The position numbers were made by a program, and so were the translations under genes. The notes beneath the pieces were generated by a model that was given only the letters and a program-made list of their open reading frames with translations, made no database searches and was not told the origin of the DNA. Of a stretch of 46,270 nt of DNA, positions 43,209 to 46,270 are shown piece by piece. Positions within the stretch are counted from its first letter, which is position 1. The number at the start of each line of letters is the position of its first letter. This DNA comes from a virus. Its lineage: Duplodnaviria > Caudoviricetes. Location: the IMG/VR virus record IMGVR_UViG_3300049926_000007, positions 1 through 46,270 of that record; one strand, written 5' to 3'.

Positions 43209-43595
43209 CTAGAAGTGCTCCTCGATCACGTCAGCGATCTGCTCGAAAGAGGCGCCAGCCTCATCGTTAAGTCCCACCAGGCTACGGCATTCGATGGAGT
43301 TGACTTGCACCAACTCCGGAAGGGCCGCCTCGGTGGATATAATGCCCGACCACTGCCGAACAAGCGGAGTAAGGCCTGTGGCACTTACTCCAGACCTGTC
43401 CTTGTACTCATAGGCGCCGCTTATGAGGACTCCCGCATCGGTAACGCCAGCCTTGACTGCGAGGTCTTCCAGCACCCCCAAGCAGCAGAACGCATCTTCC
43501 TCGCTGCGCAGAACGCCTCGACCCTGCTTGTAGTTGCCGCTCCGAAGAGCGGCAATCCACAGAGCCTTGACCTCGGGGATCATCTTCCAAATCAT
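43209..43595 (-). CDS. Early protein, paralog family B
   Basis: WIAALRSGNYKQ..FCCLGV..LND..FEQIA. Confidence 0.75.
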   Translation of the reverse strand: MIWKMIPEVKALWIAALRSGNYKQGRGVLRSEEDAFCCLGVLEDLAVKAGVTDAGVLISGAYEYKDRSGVSATGLTPLVRQWSGIISTEAALPELVQVNSIECRSLVGLNDEAGASFEQIADVIEEHF

Positions 43596-43606
43596 GTCTC
43601 TCCCTT

Positions 43607-43622
43607 TGTGATGCACGTCACA
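43607..43622. promoter_or_regulatory. CRP/GlxR-type box TGTGA-N6-TCACA
   Basis: tgtga tgcacg tcaca, adjacent to the SD of gene 43209-43595. Confidence 0.5.
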
Positions 43623-43854
43623 CTAACAGCCGGAACAAGATGCCATGATCAAATCGTTGTCCTTATAGACAGCCTGACAAGCGGCCCCCCAAGGGGACGC
43701 CGGTACAAGTGGATGCCTAACGGTCAACACGGTCAGGGCTCTCTCATCTGTGAGTCTACGACGGCCTGAGAGGCCATGATAGACCTTTTCAATGGGTCTG
43801 GCCCTAGGGGGCCAGCCCTTGAACGGAGGAAGAATGGGAAGGGGTAAGGACTAC

Positions 43855-43977
43855 CTAACCTCCCTTGACAGCCCGAGTCTGGCTTGCACCACACTTGAGG
43901 CAGAGCCTAAAGGCTCGACCATCGTTTAACGGGTGCCAGCTTGACCAGGAGTGTCTGAACCTGCATAGGTTCTTCAT
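43855..43977 (-). CDS. 40-aa zinc-binding microprotein with a TTA codon
   Basis: MKNLCRFRHSWSSWHPLNDGRAFRLCLKCGASQTRAVKGG; GGGAGAG SD. Confidence 0.6.
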   Translation of the reverse strand: MKNLCRFRHSWSSWHPLNDGRAFRLCLKCGASQTRAVKGG

Positions 43978-44043
43978 GTTCTCTCCCGTCATCTAGGATG
44001 ACTAGTCAATCTCGGGCTTACGGCCCGAGACTCACCTACCGCA

Positions 44044-44364
44044 CTAGACCTTGAGTAGCAACGCATCCACGCACTGTTTCAGCGTGTTGAACCCACAGTA
44101 AGGCTTGGATTCACCCCTGAGGGTGAATCCGTAACCCATGTGATGGAGTTCGATAGTGGCGAAGTAATCGCCACCGCACTTATTGAAGACTCGCCACTTG
44201 CGCCGTTCAACCCGTTTCACAGAAACAGCCTTGCGACTAAGTCCCTTCTTCACGGGTTCGGACAGCTTGGCACTGCGATAGGTCTTGGACACCCGGCTTG
44301 ACGCCGGTGATCTGTTGGCCTTACCGAAGCCCTCAAGCATGTAGCGATCGTCAAACTCTCTCAT
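44044..44364 (-). CDS. Hypothetical basic protein
   Basis: MREFDDRY...; GAGG SD, ATGA overlap. Confidence 0.6.
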   Translation of the reverse strand: MREFDDRYMLEGFGKANRSPASSRVSKTYRSAKLSEPVKKGLSRKAVSVKRVERRKWRVFNKCGGDYFATIELHHMGYGFTLRGESKPYCGFNTLKQCVDALLLKV

Positions 44365-44444
44365 CGTGACCTCACACCGTAGAAGATCGCCAAAGGCGAC
44401 ACCACGAGAGTGTGAACGATGAGCAAGAGTGTGAACTCTGCCAT
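44361..44444 (-). CDS. 27-aa hydrophobic microprotein
   Basis: MAEFTLLLIVHTLVVSPLAIFYGVRSR; purine-rich SD. Confidence 0.5.
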   Translation of the reverse strand: MAEFTLLLIVHTLVVSPLAIFYGVRSR

Positions 44445-44522
44445 GATTCCCTCTTTTCTCTCCGTTCGGCACAACATGATGCCGTCAATACCGCCATCCC
44501 GAAGGATGGCGATAAAGAGTGG

Positions 44523-44909
44523 TCATGTGGTCTGTACGAGATCCTTGTCCGTGTTTCGCTTGGCCATATAGATGGCCTCGCCCCACGTCTTACCTTCGTC
44601 CTGGTAGTGCTGAGCCTGGTTCAGATAGTCCACCGCGACGCTGTCCCACTCCAGCCCGAAGTCGTCGCGAAGCTCTCCCTTGAGACTGCGGAAGTTCTTC
44701 TCGTTCTTCGTCAGGCCGGATGAGCCACTTGCGAGACCACGGAAGTACTGAGCAGGAATGTTGCAGTACTTGTTCAGGTACACACCAACGATGCACAGCG
44801 GCTGGTCGTCGGTGTCGACGTACCTACAGAAGCCCTCGGGAGTGAAGCCCTCGCCAGTCTCGCTGACGATATCCGTGAGAGCGTGCTGCACGCTCAGATA
44901 AGTGATCAT
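44523..44909 (-). CDS. Early protein, paralog family A
   Basis: CRY..LCIVG..AQHYQDEGKTWGEA. Confidence 0.75.
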   Translation of the reverse strand: MITYLSVQHALTDIVSETGEGFTPEGFCRYVDTDDQPLCIVGVYLNKYCNIPAQYFRGLASGSSGLTKNEKNFRSLKGELRDDFGLEWDSVAVDYLNQAQHYQDEGKTWGEAIYMAKRNTDKDLVQTT

Positions 44910-45283
44910 CTCTTGTTACTCTCCCTTTGTCCTGCCGCCCGGTAGGCGGCATTGGAACGGAGATGAAAGCCTGCAGTAGCACTGTCACCTCCGAACCTGA
45001 GGGGCACCAGACAACCTCTTACAAGGCTACGTTTGTGAGCAAAGCTCACGCACTAGCCAGCGAGCCTTACGGCTCGCGAGGCTCCCTGACGCCCCCCAGA
45101 AAGGGGAGAGAGAGAACGTATGACCCGTTTAGCGCTACCCCCAAGCATGGCCTATAGCCATGCCCCTTAGGCAGTACACACGGTTACACCTGAACGTACA
45201 TCGCTCCCTCATGGCTGACGCCACGGGATAGGAACACGAGTAGCACTCGGGGTCACACGGCCTGGTATGGTCACAGGTCTTTA

Positions 45284-45316
45284 CACACTATTGAGTTCTC
45301 AAGGTACGGACGCTTC
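45284..45316 (-). promoter_or_regulatory. rRNA-leader-like boxA antitermination element
   Basis: Minus strand gaagcgtccgtaccttgagaactcaatagtgtg. Confidence 0.6.
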
Positions 45317-45412
45317 CTTTGGTCTTCAGCTACGTGTGCACCTTGGCACTTCGCCTGCCTAGACCTCTGGGCGTTAGCTGTTCCGCTCTTGCGAGCTTCA
45401 CTAACTAGCTGG

Positions 45413-45442
45413 ACCCTTTCACGACTCCTGCGAGTCTGTCAA
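45413..45442 (-). promoter_or_regulatory. Putative early promoter TTGACA-18-AAGGGT with GACTC-N4-GAGTC in the spacer
   Basis: Same architecture as 45544-45573. Confidence 0.55.
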
Positions 45443-45543
45443 GTCCCTCGTTCGGTGTGAGCGAAGTTCCCGAGTGAGTCACGCATCCCCGAAGGTTAAC
45501 ATCGTGATCATCTCCCGGTTGCCTTCGCAACCGAACAATGAGG

Positions 45544-45573
45544 AGCCTTCCAGACTCTGTGGAGTCTTGTCAA
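45544..45573 (-). promoter_or_regulatory. Putative early promoter TTGACA-18-AAGGCT with GACTC-N4-GAGTC in the spacer
   Basis: Same architecture as 45413-45442. Confidence 0.55.
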
Positions 45574-45690
45574 GTCCCCTTGCGGGGGATGAACACAGTT
45601 CGGACTAGAACCTCCCAGCCATTGGCTCGTGTAGACGCTGTCAGGTGGGGCGGGTGTACGACTGTGAGCTTGAGGCCCAACTAGCTATGA

Positions 45691-45705
45691 AGTTCTCAAG
45701 GTACG
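45691..45705 (-). promoter_or_regulatory. Second boxA-like element
   Basis: cgtaccttgagaact, identical to 45294-45308. Confidence 0.5.
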
Positions 45706-46049
45706 TTCAGTCACTTCACTCTCCGGCTGCTTGCTCCGGTGTTGCTCGGTGCTGACAGGCATAACTAAGAAGCAGTAAGGGCTTGCAGTACAACCAAGGG
45801 CAGGTAAAGCCTTCTGACCTGCAAGGACGCAAGCCTTTCGGGCTTGCCCTTGACCTCGTCTTGACTTGACCAGACGGATGACAGCAAGCGCTTACCGTAA
45901 GATACGTCCATGTAAGTCACCTAGATCACCAATGTCCGAGTTGTCCAGTGCGTGTACGCGGGTAAGGGGGAACGTGCGCGCGCGTGTACGCGCGTGTGTA
46001 CGCGCGTGTGTAAGGGCTCGTGTGAGCATGGCTGCGCTCATGTGAGCAG

Positions 46050-46270
46050 GCTGGGTGGATAGTCCACCCTGCCCGCATCCATGCCCTTGTGCGTACATCT
46101 ACACACTATGTCCACATTTCCCACACATATCACACTATATCCACACATTTCCCACACATATCACACTATATCCACACATATCCCATGCATACGCAGGTGT
46201 GCATGACTATGCGTGCATGTGCATGTAACTCTACGTAGTCATGCAGGTCAGAGCACTACTGAACACGTTC
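46050..46270. repeat. Right direct terminal repeat
   Basis: Copy of 1-190 with the 31-bp unit duplicated (46116-46146, 46147-46177). Confidence 0.9.

Noticed and set aside
38334-44525. Intergenic repeats as a CRISPR array
   Set aside because: The repeats are separated by whole genes, not uniform 30-40 bp spacers
44927-46098. ORFs 44927-45157 and 45892-46098
   Set aside because: Low-complexity or wrong-strand frames in a regulatory leader and repeat region

Overview
The window is an apparently complete ~46.3-kb linear genome of a lytic actinophage with direct terminal repeats (1-190 and 46050-46270). It is most likely a Streptomyces podovirus. The layout resembles the tRNA-rich SEA-PHAGES cluster BF phages; this assignment comes from recalled knowledge, not a search. 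The left arm (+ strand) carries terminase, amidase endolysin, portal, large internal virion proteins, an NlpC/P60 hydrolase, an array of 22 tRNAs covering all 20 amino acids, scaffold, major capsid, short-tail and tailspike genes, and lysis membrane proteins. The right arm (mostly - strand) carries dCMP deaminase, a split primase, a resolvase, a DnaB/RecA-like helicase, an SSB-like protein, a Cas4/RecB-like nuclease, WhiB, a three-gene + strand cassette (phosphoesterase, sigma-like factor, hypothetical) and many small early genes, including two paralog families. I recognised no DNA polymerase, integrase or repressor. The most unusual signals are at RNA level: (i) a minimal one-tRNA-per-codon-box set; (ii) non-tRNA pseudoknot and three-way-junction RNAs inside the tRNA array; (iii) an orphan tRNA-like gene with an 8-nt anticodon loop, possibly linked to a +1 frameshift joining the split primase; (iv) rRNA-leader-like boxA elements plus a family of covarying hairpins punctuating the early operon; (v) a likely AUU start codon for the helicase. 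All structures were folded by eye and need computational and experimental confirmation.
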